Assembly: GCA_965285935.1 (NCBI GenBank)
Contig: OZ260666.1
Location: 54,498,001 to 54,562,000 of the forward strand
Length of the DNA stretch: 64,000 bases
Reading direction: 5' to 3'
Source of the DNA: Ophelia neglecta
Taxonomy: Eukaryota
The notes beneath the pieces are model-generated. The model saw only the letters and a list, made by a program, of their open reading frames with translations, was not told the DNA's origin and did not search any database. Position 1 is the stretch's first letter, and the number at the start of each line of letters is the position of its first letter. Of the stretch, positions 13,361-26,600 are shown one piece after another. Position numbers and translations under genes: made by a program.

Positions 13361-13681
13361 AACGACCGTCTTGCGATAGGACACTCATCCCCCATCATGC
13401 AGCCCAAGATATGGTCGATTCTTTGATACAAGCGTACCATCCCGTCGACCGCTGGCGAGAACCTAACAGCGTATTATCATGATATACAACCATTTCACCA
13501 CAAATAACTCGCCCGTTACATTTCCGTAGCTAAATCGCGTCAGCTATTTGGCAAAGTAGTTTTATATCATATTACCATCATTAAAGAATATTTCACTCTA
13601 ATTCTTCCACAGCACGATTTTTTCACATCATATCTTTTACCACAAAGCATGTCTGTACATACTAATGGGTTGTTTTCCCAG

Positions 13682-13721
13682 GTAGAGTCCAACCTGCTTT
13701 GAAAAGAGCCACTTTCTACCG
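13682..13721 (+). other. Candidate 40-nt non-coding 5' UTR exon of the Cys-rich gene
   Basis: Branch-like actaat (13661), acceptor ttgttttcccag and perfect donor ccg|gtaagt. The ATG-bearing exon at 17462 has its own acceptor, so upstream UTR exons are expected. Confidence 0.45.
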
Positions 13722-16700
13722 GTAAGTGGCACTGATACGTTCAATCATAGTGGTGAACATCGGTGGAAAATTTCACGTAGCAATTCCTAAGTGAATGTGA
13801 TTGCTAAGTTTTTACAGATTTGCTAAAATATAAGTCTACTCCAACCGGTAAATATCAGTTATAGGCAATATATGTGAGGTCGAGACAGGTCGGCGATCTC
13901 CGACTAACTGCTGGAAAGCCTGTTATTTTTTCGTCTTGTCAACGATTCGCATGCTATGTGTTCATGTATTATCAATTACCTGTCGCTTTGATAACCAACA
14001 ATTTACAGACCCGATACACATTTGTGCAGGTTAGTTGCATATTTTAGTTTTCATCAGTATGTCATTATGTTTTCTTTGTCGGTTTTCAACTTCTCGCAAT
14101 GCTACACTATGAAAAGCAAGCCGCAATCTTTGACTAATTATCTTGGCTTCTCTTGAAACTTTAAATAGTCCATCAGATACCTTAAATATAAAACCAAATT
14201 CAAACAGTGTTCATCCATCAACAGAAAACCAAATATGTGGTAAAGTGCGAGATTGATACCTTTCTTCAATCACCTTGCCAATGCATATATCTCAGACCTA
14301 AAAAATGACTCTGTCGGGTACATTTTTGTACATTTTCAACACATGCTAGTCGTTTCCCGCCTTTTCACACCTACATTTCAGCATGTTACCAACTGATAAT
14401 CTAATACACCTGCGGAATACGATATGGCTTAGCGATCATTTCCTCTCACACGTATGTTTAGTTCAGGGCCACTGAAGCTGGGATGACAGCACTTTCTAAT
14501 TCCAGTCATTATTTGTAGTTTATGCGAAGGTCTAGTTCCATTCTCATCCCCTTAGAGTTTTACTGTGATACGCGGAGAATGGATTGATTCCTACTTTGTG
14601 AGAGATAGGCCTCACTAGCATGCTCAAATTTTGATTGATTTAACACATTTAACATGCAGTATAGCATAAACGGTTATGCTAAAGGTAAGTTTGGGAACAA
14701 TTTTAGTCCAGATTACCTCTCAACCTGGTCCTTATATCACCTAATATTTTATTCACTGTACTGGTTGTCACGTCGTTTTTTTTTCAGTTTTAATGATGTG
14801 TTATGGCGAATTGAATAGATTTTTAATCGTAATATAAGCATTGCTGTCAATGATAGCAATATGATTGGGGATTTATTGTTATCGCCTTTGCAAGCTTCAA
14901 ATATGGGGTATTATTCTAAAACAGGGCAGTTTATCGTTTGCATTGTTATAGCATCAGTATCAAATTGTGATAACGTGTAGTTAAATTGGTATATAGAATG
15001 CAATCTGTACCCGTACATAACATTATTTTTTGTTCGCAAGAAAATGAAAAAAGGAAAAGCACTCCATTGAATGTTCATGTATTGACAGATACAGGGTACA
15101 TATATATGTATGGCAATTCACCTCCTCCGACTGTTTCACGACAGTACCTTTGTTCGGGAAGTCTTTCAGCTTTTTCAGCCACTTGACCCCCTAGTTTCCT
15201 CCTGACGCTTTTCATCACTGTTTTATGTTTGTTGTTAAGCAGATATATAGTTCAGAACATCTTCATTGTTTGACAACCCCCTGAAGTGTCTCCTGCTGCC
15301 TAGCCTTACCTCGGTTACATTTTAAAAGAGTTAACACGTGATGGTTCAGGGGAAAACAAAGAAAAGGTAGCTCTATGGAACACATTCTGAAGATGATAAG
15401 CATTACATACCTTAATAGGTAGATATAATAAAAACCTTTTTTTTCATGACATTACAAGATTTTATACTTTCATTGTTCCAAAGGTGATTATTTTATTCGT
15501 GGTGGATGCAAGGAAAACAATTTTGCCCCTAAATTACCCAATGACTTCGCCGAATGGTATGCGAATTCATTCAAATCGAGTAATAATGTTGTACAATAAA
15601 ACAAATTGAGAAGACTGCCGAGGGGGGAAGGAACAAATAAAGAAAGAAAGACAGACTTTTGGAATGTCTGGGTCTGTAACTTGTTCCCCTGTAACGAATA
15701 GTTTTGATTTTTGTGATGAAGGTATAACGACCTAATGAGATTCGCAATCTTTGCACTCACTGGTTCTTTAATGTGTTAACCATCGGTTTAAATAAGGAAA
15801 GACTATTCGCTGCTACCTGCAACGTCTTGTTGTTGCTTGCAATGTTCAATAATGTTTTCGAATGACATTGCTAACAAGTTATTTGTATCTTAATCGCCTA
15901 CAACCGCTACTTTTTTTTCTTTGAACCTCAGATTAAAAATGATTTCTTCCTTGTAAACTGTACCATTTAGATTCAGAACTGCCCATGTGCCTCACGATTT
16001 GTGTTGCTCTGCTGAACTGTGGATTGCACAGGTCAAAGACAGTTAACGTATTTGTATTTAAGCCAGCTTAGGGCAAAAAAAGTGTCTAAGTCATTTACAT
16101 ATTGTCAACTCCGCCATGCAGATTGTTTTGTGCATGCCGTTTGCTCTGTTTCTGTTTCAAATGCACTGATTAGCACAAAAGTTTTGTCCTCAAGGATTCT
16201 AACTCCGCAGTGGGGAGGAGCTACTTAGTTTTGGTCAAGTATATAGGAATATCTAGGGCCCCTTATATGAAAACAGGGTAGCGTGTTCATCAGTATCTAA
16301 GGGGCCCTTTTCTGTACTGGCAAGAGTACCAGTTATAGTTATATCTGCTATATCTAGTGACCAGCTCTCACAAAGTGGCATAAGTTTTATGCATTCCATA
16401 TCCCAGTGTATAAACCATGAATATGAATATTATGGGTTTAACAACATTTTAATATATTTTGTTGTTTTAACTCGTCTATTACAGAGCATTAAGCTGATGA
16501 AATGCGATTCTTCTAATGAAAATCACAGACTGCATGTTAAGTAATTGAGGATTTTATTTTAAGATGATAATTGAGGGTAGTAGTTTTGTTAATCCTGTAA
16601 TAGCCAGGTGTTTTGTTCGAGTTGGCTTCAGTTACCCCTCTCCTGCTTTAGGCCTTAGCAGGGCTCTCTACCATCCTCATTAGAAGTAGGAAAAAGACTA

Positions 16701-17133
16701 TCTTTGGCACAATGTTTAACCGTTTCTCCTTCAATTTTCACTTCAGAAGTAAGATATCACCATAGCATAGAACACATACATTATGTCAAAGTTTCTATCG
16801 ATTTCTTCATATATTATTCCCCCCAAAAAACTTCGGGAAACAAATTTACGGTGTTGTTAGTTTTACGCCTTAAAAAGCCTTGAAGGAAGGAATTTGATAT
16901 GCGGGCTGAAAAGCCCTATAAGCCCTTTCGCGTCGTTCGATCTTTATTTATCACGCAGTTCCTTCTCAATATTGTATGCAATGGATAATTGTTCGTCTAG
17001 CACATTACATCACCGCCTGGATGCTATTGTTATTTAATGAAAGAAATCCTTAGACTGGGACGAACAGGCCTATCATATTCTCGTCCTCCTCGCATTGTTT
17101 CTTGTTGTAGAAACATTTAGATGATATAACTAT

Positions 17134-17364
17134 ACGGGGCGATCTAGGAACGCTTTCTAGCTGAGGGTGGGGGGGGGGGGGGTGACACGAGGGGGTGAAT
17201 TTTACTTTTAATGGGTGCGATGGGAGCCTTCTAGAGGGATGGTTGTAGCCCCCAAACCCCCTCAAGGAAGGAAATTTACATCCTCATTCTTGAGAAGTCG
17301 CCTGTAACAATTTATGGGTACAAGGGTACCCAGAGCACGGTGCCTCCCCTCTAAATCCGCACGT
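17134..17364. mobile_element. Decayed poly-G MITE
   Basis: Ends acggggcgatctag and ctaaatccgcacgt are imperfect inverted repeats; internal G and C runs as in the element at 11465. Confidence 0.45.
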
Positions 17365-17520
17365 TAACAGTGTTTCAGCAAAATCGTGGCTGAGAAAGGA
17401 GAACCATCTGTACACAGAATTCTTCTCCACCTTTCTGAACCATGCTAATTTTTGCTTACAGTACCTGGGTGAAACGTTATCGAATTAGTTTAGCAGACGT
17501 GGGAAGTACAAATTGATTAC

Positions 17521-17638
17521 ATGTGGTTTTCAAAACCTGTCCCGGGAATTCCAAGTATTCAAGCGAGCAGCCAGACCAAACATATATCATATTTTTATAT
17601 ATGTTACTTGGCATTTGATTTGCTGCTTATTTTTCAAG
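17521..17638 (+). CDS. Probable first coding exon (signal peptide MWFSKPVPGIPSIQASSQTKHISYFYICYLAFDLLLIFQ|G)
   Basis: The exon has an acceptor ctaat..tttttgcttacag (AG 17460-61) and an in-frame upstream stop (TAG 17491). ATG is at 17521, followed by a hydrophobic stretch and a strong donor caag|gtgagt. The donor is phase 1, as the exon at 40605 requires, giving ...LLLIFQGLKA/S. Confidence 0.62.
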
Positions 17639-20600
17639 GTGAGTGAAAACGAATTGTGCTGTGTAATACAATATTAAGGTACAGTATTGGGAATTTTTGT
17701 ACAATGGATCAGGTTTGACTTAACTGGTAGAATTTGGAATACTTAATACGCACGAGGGACGGAGGTCAGGAAAACCTTTAACTCGTTCCGCACGTGTGTG
17801 TGGCGTTAATTTAAGCCCACAATTAACAGGACCAAAACTGACTGGACGAGAAAAAGGGGACGACTGTGGGGCAGGTATAGCAGCTCGTTATCCGCCGGTT
17901 ATCAGATAGACAAATAGTTGTATAATCCTTTAGCTTATCATGGCTATGGAGTGAGATAAGGCTATGGCTAGCCCTCACTATAACTATATGACTTTTACGA
18001 ATATGTGACACTTCAGGATAAGTAAACATACTTGTACAATTGGCCTTCCATACTCTGATGTGAAAATAGGATAGCTATCATGGGCCGAATCCATCAAGTA
18101 AGATGTATAGTTATTTTGGTGTTGTGTTGAAATATATTGCATTGTAATTAGTCAACAGTCCCTGAATACGGCTGGAGTATAGGCGATAGGTATACACGCG
18201 ATAGGTAAGTAGCGCACATCGAGCCCGAAAAATATCAACTCTTCTTTCTTATTTTTATCAATATTTCGTTGGAAGTGTCAAGCTCGGAGTATTACCTTGT
18301 TCCGTTGTGAAGGCTAAGTGACAGGTCGATAGGTCTTTGAAGATATGCCGTGTTCATGATCTAAGACAGTATTATTGGTCGTAAACACAGTCCTTAATTC
18401 ACGTTTGCTATTGTTGAAGACCCGTCAATATGGTTTCTCGGTGTTAACTACTGCAGATGAAACTAGGATATGAAGGTATGTGAACTATGATATCTATAAG
18501 AAGTCAAATAAGTTTTGACACATTTCTAATCAAAAGTTATTTATCGTTCATATAAAACTTTAGCTTCTACATTATCACACAAACCATCGAAGATCACCAT
18601 GATATAGCACGCTTCTATGTGGCCACATTCTACATTAGAAACTGTGGCACATGAAAAATATGTCCCAACTAATTGGAAGACCCTCTTAGCAAATTCCAAC
18701 TGTCAGAATGATTGTCTGAATCGCATTTGTAAAGTTAGTACTCGACATTTTCACTAGATCATTTTCGCTGGACAAATTAGAGGATCCAAGGAACATTATT
18801 GTAAATCAAGTTTTCGTTTCCTTCGTGTCAGACGGGTAAACAGTTTGGTCAATGGCAGGCAGACCGGTTGTAGACTTGCTTCTGGAAAGCTATTTAAGCA
18901 TTGTTCTTCATTTTTAAAAGCTTTGTGTTATCGTGAAAGAGTAGCACGTACGTTCGTTCGTACAACCACAAGAAATGAGAGACTGCAAGCCGACATGACG
19001 AATTATATTCATCGATGCCTGTATTCACATCAATAGTAGACACAAACACAAGGGAGGTTCTAATGTTATTTATATTTTGTTTGTTAGTTGCTGCCGTACG
19101 TCGTCGGTTTCCTGCTGGTTGGCTATTGAATAACATTTCCTCCTGATAAAGTAAGGTTAATAGATTTGAATTAGACATATAGCGGGGTTATTAAATGTGT
19201 TCAGTGGAAAACATTGTTGTTTGCTTTCAAAGGAAGATTTCCAACTATTTACATGTTGAGATTTCGAAAAAAAAACAAACACAAATGAGGAAAAAGATTG
19301 TAAAGGGGTACGGCACAAATAATGAAACCCTTATTTTGTTAGTTTACTTGCTTCTTGATGTTGTTAGCTCATGGTATTCCGAAGGGACAATAAGACAATC
19401 TACCGAAACAGTAGTTTGAAATACCATTGGTTGTATCCCGTTTAAGCCGGAGGAAAACGATGTACACCATACAGTAAAATACATGACTCTATGTGCCTTT
19501 TATAATAAGTGTCGTCTTATAAGATGGTCAACATTAATACCTTGTGAAATATTTTTTAGCTGAAAGGAGTTTCATTGTGACTTTTTTTCGGGGACTCCTG
19601 CTGAAAGTATAGGAAAACATACATCTCACTTGTACATGATTATGTTTTTATTAAAAACATTTAACTTCTTCCTGCATGATTTGAATCGGGCCAGTTCAAG
19701 GCAATTTTCGACTGAAAGTAGGCGAGACACTCTCCATATCGTTAAGATGGAAGTTATTAGAATTAAATTAATTTGTGCAAAACCCCGCCCAATATATCTA
19801 CTTGAACCTTATTTACACGTTGAAGTCAAATCTGATCAGAAAAAAGCAATGGCCGGGTTAAATACTTACATCCCTCTCCATATCCACTAAAACGCCAAAA
19901 GTTTTAAAAAATAGTCTGAAAATGTAAAGGCAAGACTCAAATTGGCAATAAAGTGCTTGAAATATTGCATTTTGTCGTGTTCAACATCTCCTTGACTCCC
20001 GAGTGGTCATGATCGGGAACTCACATAATAACATCTAACTACGTGACAAGCTGCTTTAAAAAGTTAATATCGCGTAGCCCGTTGTCAGAAAGGATTTTGA
20101 AATTTCATTGCCAACAATTCAACGAAGATTCAACTTGAGAATCCAAGTGACTTGTGCCAGTGTCGTCATAGATGTATCAAATAGTTAGTTATTGTGGTTC
20201 ACATGCATATTTGCAAATATAATAGGAATGCATATGACTTGAGTTCGTCAGCAAGCCAAACATATCTACACGTTTGCTGTTATGGTAAACACATGCATAA
20301 GAAGAAGAACGGAACGCTTGTTATCGTTACCTAAACAAATTTGATTTTTATCGAGTTAGCCTAGTTTTGTATTAGTTTATTCTAACCTTATTGTATTCCT
20401 GCGGCTGACAGTTCAGGGAATTCTTTTTAACTGCCCTTTTTGTATTGAGCTCGAGACACTTTTATCAATATCACTGATAGCCCCAAAAATTGTTCAGTTT
20501 TTGACTTTAAATTTTATTTGTACAAGAGACGAACATCGCGTTTTAAGCTATCACGTCTTTATGACGAAAATGATCCTTTTGCTTTTCCAGAAACTTCTGA

Positions 20601-23600
20601 TTACTTGATAGCAATTCTATTTCTCCAGCATAAGGGCTGTACACTTCGAAATTTATGGCTTTAAAAGGTTTGTAGGAGTTTGTGGAGTAATTTCTAATTT
20701 TAACATAATACACGAAGTCATGGTTACTGACCTAAGTTAAAACGAGCAATTCCCAATACAGATAAACATTCCATCAATTCATCCCAGTAAAACACATGCC
20801 TTGAAGAATGGCGAATAGCATAAGGGTCAGGCTTAAGCAGAGTCAATATACCACCAATGACTCTTGGATTATGCATGTGTCCTATTTGCAATTTTTGCAC
20901 ATACGCAGTAAAAAAACCGCAATGCCTTCGAGTTCTCTGTTCGCTCACCATCGGGCTAGGGGCAAAGTGCGTCTGTCTCATGCTTATATAACATCTCATG
21001 TTGCAAATGCATGTGTTTAGTTGCAGTAAAATAGTTCCTTGTTCACTTTCCATGGTTAAACGTTATATTGCCCTGTCGAGTTGATTCAATATCTCTCCTC
21101 TTTAGTGTGCAGTGATCCCCCCCCTCGTTGGTTTTGTGATTATTGAGACAATTTCATCATTATTTTCTAAAATTAGAAGAGAGATTAATTCACCATATAT
21201 TCTGCTGGGTTTCATTCGGCCTCTATTCTACGAAAACCACTGACTCGTTTGTTTTGTGCTTTGTCTCTCTTCATGGCAACTATTGAATACTTCTCATTGC
21301 TAGAGATGTCGATTTTATATTTTCCTTCTTTTTTATTTGTATAACAATATTAGCACATGTGTGCTCCTTTATCTCTCACATATATTTGCATTGAGACACT
21401 ATTATAAGAAAATTTTCCATCATCATTATTTTTATGTCACATGCCAGTCTGTTGACACGAATTATATTCCTGTCCATCACATTTCGTTTGTATCTTAACA
21501 ATATAGATATATCTAGGCATTGGTTGGAACTTAGTTATACTGACATTCCTCCACAGCAAATCTAAAATGACTTCCCTGGATGAAATATTACAAAAGATGG
21601 TTACTAAATTAAACACATTGAAGTAAACTAATGATATGAGAAGTGGCTGCACTTAAAGACTTGTCATTTATTGTTGCGATGGTAAGTTTTCTCTCAAAAC
21701 ACAATTGAATGCAGTTTTATGACATAGAAAATACCATTAAATGACAATTATTGCAGGTGTAATGTGTATTCTCGTTTCAGCTTTGTTTTTGAAAGATGTC
21801 GTTTAGGGAAGGAATTTGAACAGATGTCTCGTTTTTTCCGTGATATGGCTATTTTTTATTTGTCTTTTAAATATCAGTGCCCTATATGCCTAGGCCCAAT
21901 ATGTCCCTGGATAAAAACCCCAATGTGGTGTACCTTTGTACGTTCACGTATGCACCTCTGACGCCTGCCATTGTGCCACATCCGGGGTAAGATAAATCAA
22001 ATATGTTTTTCCTCTGCTTGTTGGTTGATTGTTGTGGGGAGATTTTTCCCACATATACAAGCTTGTTTCCCAATAACAGTCGTCAAAGTAACCAGCAAGC
22101 ATAAGATTCCCTTTACAATCAGTAATATAACTAAGCCCTTATCGTATCTAGGGTTCCTAGGCCTAAATTAATATTGTATTCTTATAAAACTAAACAAATA
22201 GAAACAATAGAAACCGTGGTTTTACTCCATCCTTCTCAAAACAACCCTCCAGATTATGCTTAAATAAATTCAAACAGAAACTCAGTGCATATACATCAGA
22301 ATATTTCCGAAATGGTTCAAATGCTGTCATGCAAGTTTCTATCTTTATTTTATTCACACTTAATTTAAAGATTGTTGGTTTGTAAACTGTAACATGTTTA
22401 TTAAAAACGATACGATGACTATTTTTGTAGAGATCAGATGGGCTTGGTGCCAGCTGTCAGTCTGGTGAGATAAAGTGCCTGCACCATCCAGGGGCATGGG
22501 TAATCTTTGCATTGTAATAGTTTTGATGTTATTACATCAACCAGGAATGTGATGTTTTCTTTCTTGGTGGTAACATGCACTAAATATGTGGCATTTTGTT
22601 TTCATGTTGGCAGTTTGCATTGTTTATTTGTCTTAAAAAAAGAACGATCCCACTTTAATGGTTTGCGAAAAACACGATATATGAATAGACCTTAAAACTT
22701 GAGGCATTTGTCAGATAGGGTATGTCTACAAGGTTGTCTGGGTTAATAAGATACGTGTCCAATTTAATTTTATTTGGCTAGCTAAATATATACATCACCT
22801 ATAATATGATGTATTGCGTTTTAGCTTTGCAATTCCCAGAGTTTCGGTTACTTCAAATAGTTTGGCTTTGTAACTTACAACAGGTGAATAATTATACTAT
22901 AACCTTGATGGAGGGTGCCATAACGGCTATGGATAATTGAATCATATCATTTGCGCTATATCGGTACACAAACACCCCAAAACATATAGGAAAATATTAG
23001 ATTATATCGAGGTAGATTTGATACCATTTCCTCCTTAGTATTCAGGGATATTTTTTCATCCGTCTTTGGTCTTACGTTTACTGAGACATTTTCATATATA
23101 GTCTTAATATTATGAGAAGGCTTACACCATCATAGCCTCTTTTTGGGCATATTCACCTCTGTCCTACTTTGACCACTGACTCGTTTTTTGTGATCTGACG
23201 TGCATCATGGAAAAATGACTGCTCCTTATTTTAATTAATTGATGTTAATGTTTTGTATTGAACTGTTTTTATTTTCTTGTAATTTCGATTGCTCGCAGGA
23301 GCGTATAATTTCGACCATACCCCATATACTTACCTTGGTGTTCTCTTTTCATGGCGGTAAAGTACGTGATAGCAATATTCCGAGTTTTCCAGCAAACGGG
23401 GCGTTCTCTTCGAACCTTTAGAAAATGTTTTTCTGTCCAATTTGAACACAAAATATGAAGCCCTGATGTCCAGGTTACTGACTCCGGGTTATGAACTCCT
23501 TTCATTAGGAATATTCATAGATAAATATTCCACTCTGGTTTTATTTATAATTAAGCATAAAACACGATTGAAGAATCTGTTAAGGATTCTAGTCTATACC

Positions 23601-26600
23601 AAGAGTCTATATACAATCGACGACTCCTTTAGATTGTATGTTTCTATGATTTGGTTGGCACTGTTTTAGCCCCTTCCATGCAATGATTTGAGTGATCTGT
23701 TTCCATCATCATATGACTAGGGATTATATTGATATTTCTATATTGATTTACCATTTTAGTTTGCAGATGCACAGGTTCAATCACAATAAAAGCGTGATCT
23801 TACCCAGTTCTTAAATTTGTACTAACAAGGAGATATAATACAAATTTTCATCCATAGATGACCTTGTGTTTATCGTGTCAAAGTCTAGAAAATTATGCTC
23901 TGACTCTTACTATGAACAACTTTTATCTATTTAACTATCTCTCATAGGCGAGGCTTTTATGTGATACGAGCCTTCTACAGTGCGAAAGCTGAAAAGGAGT
24001 ACTGGGTATAGCAACTTTCATTCCATAGGGGCCTCCAATGGTACTGGCTATTTCAACAAACTGGATATTTTAATTAGAAACAATACCAACCAGACCTTAA
24101 ACATCAACAATCCAGGAATCATCGATTGTGTATTTACTCTCGGTAAGTCTGATGGAGTCCTTAATAGATTCCACATTCGTGTGTTATACTAAGCTAAACT
24201 GATGGAAAATTTATCTAGCCTCCTCATACGAAGTGATATCAAATTAGATATTTGCAGTTATTATCATTGTAGGCACCTGAATATAATTACAGTACTTATA
24301 CTATTTGAGCTTTCGCAGTGTAGAAATTTCGCATTAAATTACAGCCTCTAATAAAATGTCTGCAATGATGGCGATGATCCTTGTGGTAGCCCGAAAAACA
24401 CATTTCAGGTGCCAATCTATATTTGTTCTTTAATGCCGAATGATTTAGTTTATGCTGTTTCAATTCATCTCTTACTGAACTATAAAGGTGTTTATACCAA
24501 AGATTGAAATTGTTTCGAAGTGTCTGTGCTGTGAAGATATATTTGGAGATAATCAATCTGAATCGTGCGCGGTTCGGTGGTTATATACAGACCTAAATGG
24601 ATACATAACTCACCATTCATAGTCTCGTCTTACTGCTATCCTAATGAAGCGAGAGGGGCAGACGACATTGTGGCCCCTACATAACCCCCACGCCCCGGGC
24701 GGTAATTTATGAACATTGGGCCGCAGTCATCATCCCACCCACACATAACCTTTCATGGATTAGCTATCATGGGACCAGAATCATTGTGTCAGGCTGTTGG
24801 TGTTCGCCCGTATTTTGATCTTTCATTCCAATAGAAATCTCTGGCTCTGTCGTTGTCCACTGTCTTCTTTGTAATGTAGTTTGCCGTACATGGAATCCAA
24901 AGGTCATTTTTTTCGGTACATCCTAGGGTATTATTTCCCTTCATTTAGAAACTAATGAATTATATACATAAACTCAGTTATATTTTGTGATTGTACGTGT
25001 TGAATTTCTAGCTCCAATGGTAGTCACATGTGGCCTGCTTCATGTTTGACGTTTTAATAGCTTGGTTTGTTTTCCACAAGTGCGAATTTCTATATATATG
25101 TATTTATATATATATGTATGTATTTTATAATGCGGTAATGACACGTTTCATTCCGAAGACAATATTAGTCAGCTTCACGGTGCTTCCAGGACTTGTCCGA
25201 AAGATATTCAGAATAACCATGCAATTGCTGTTTTCTCACGGTGGTGTCTCTGGATCATACAACAGCTGTCCACATTTCCGCTCAATTAGATGGACATGAG
25301 ATAGAGTCATCAGCCGCTAGCCATCCGTCAGTTGCCTCTGTCCCCACTTTGACACCCTCCGCCCATTTTAGGCAGAAAACACACTAGATAAGGCCAAACC
25401 ATTGTGGGCCTTAATCACCCGATTACTCACATCCAGGTAACTTTCACTGGTAAATGCAGGTGCTATTCAAGTTTGATCTGAATGACATAGGTTCAGACAG
25501 GGGGAAACAATATGGCAGACGATGGAGAAAAATTGTCTTGACCTTGTAACCGTTTTGTGACACTTCTTTAGTCCGATGAAAGTGAGGCTAAGATTGTTGC
25601 TCATTAGAAGTAATTTGACATGAATGTTCATGATTCAAGTTAATTTTTCGGCATAGTTTGGATTGATTCCTAGTTACGCATTAATTAATATATCAGAACT
25701 GACGAGACAAGTTACAATAATACCATAGATTTGTTACTTTTGGCCATTCTAGTTACGTAAATGATGATGGTACAAACTTCATCTGATTTTAGGATTCAGT
25801 AAAGAATTCGGGTTTAAGTTTGAAAAATAGCAATGTCGTAATTGAGATAACATTAAAGTAATACCTGAATTGGACGATATCACAATCCGCATTTTCAATC
25901 AATTAGGCTAATTAGAAAGGTTGTGCTGTAAGTGGTTTTAGTCATATTATAAATCATGCCACCTTCCATACGGATCATTCATTCGCCTCCTACTGTAAAT
26001 TGGTGGCACGACGTGACCCTATGAACGGGCAGGTTATAACATTTGTGTCAACCCTTCTTGGTTTGACATAATGCTATTTCATGAACAGTTATTTTCTCAT
26101 GCGCCAATCCTAACATACTCTTATATGATAACAACACGATTGGGCTAACCTGCAGGGCACAGCACAAAAAATGTTAAAGTGTTTCTGTTGACCATCCGAC
26201 CGCTTTTTACTGTAGATTAATTGTATGGGAAAAATGCAGTTTTTATGAACTTGTCCATTGTTGAATAGTAAAGGATAAATTTGGAATTCTACGGAAAATT
26301 TATCTAAAGTTAACAGGAACTTCTCTTTTATTCAAGTAACCAATGTTAGGATGCAGAGACAACGTCGACTTAATACACTCATTTTCGCCCATAGCCAACC
26401 ATTCGTAGAGAAAAGTTGTTTTTTAATGGAAAAAATGTATAACTTACGATACCTTCAGTCTGTTTGTTGCAATAAAAGAGAACATCTCATATTAATTCAT
26501 ACTAACTTTCCATTGAACGCGAGGTTAATGGTCTAGATGTTAACCATTACTTGGCTTTTAGATACTTTGACTTATACATTGAGTTCCTAATGGGGTAAAT

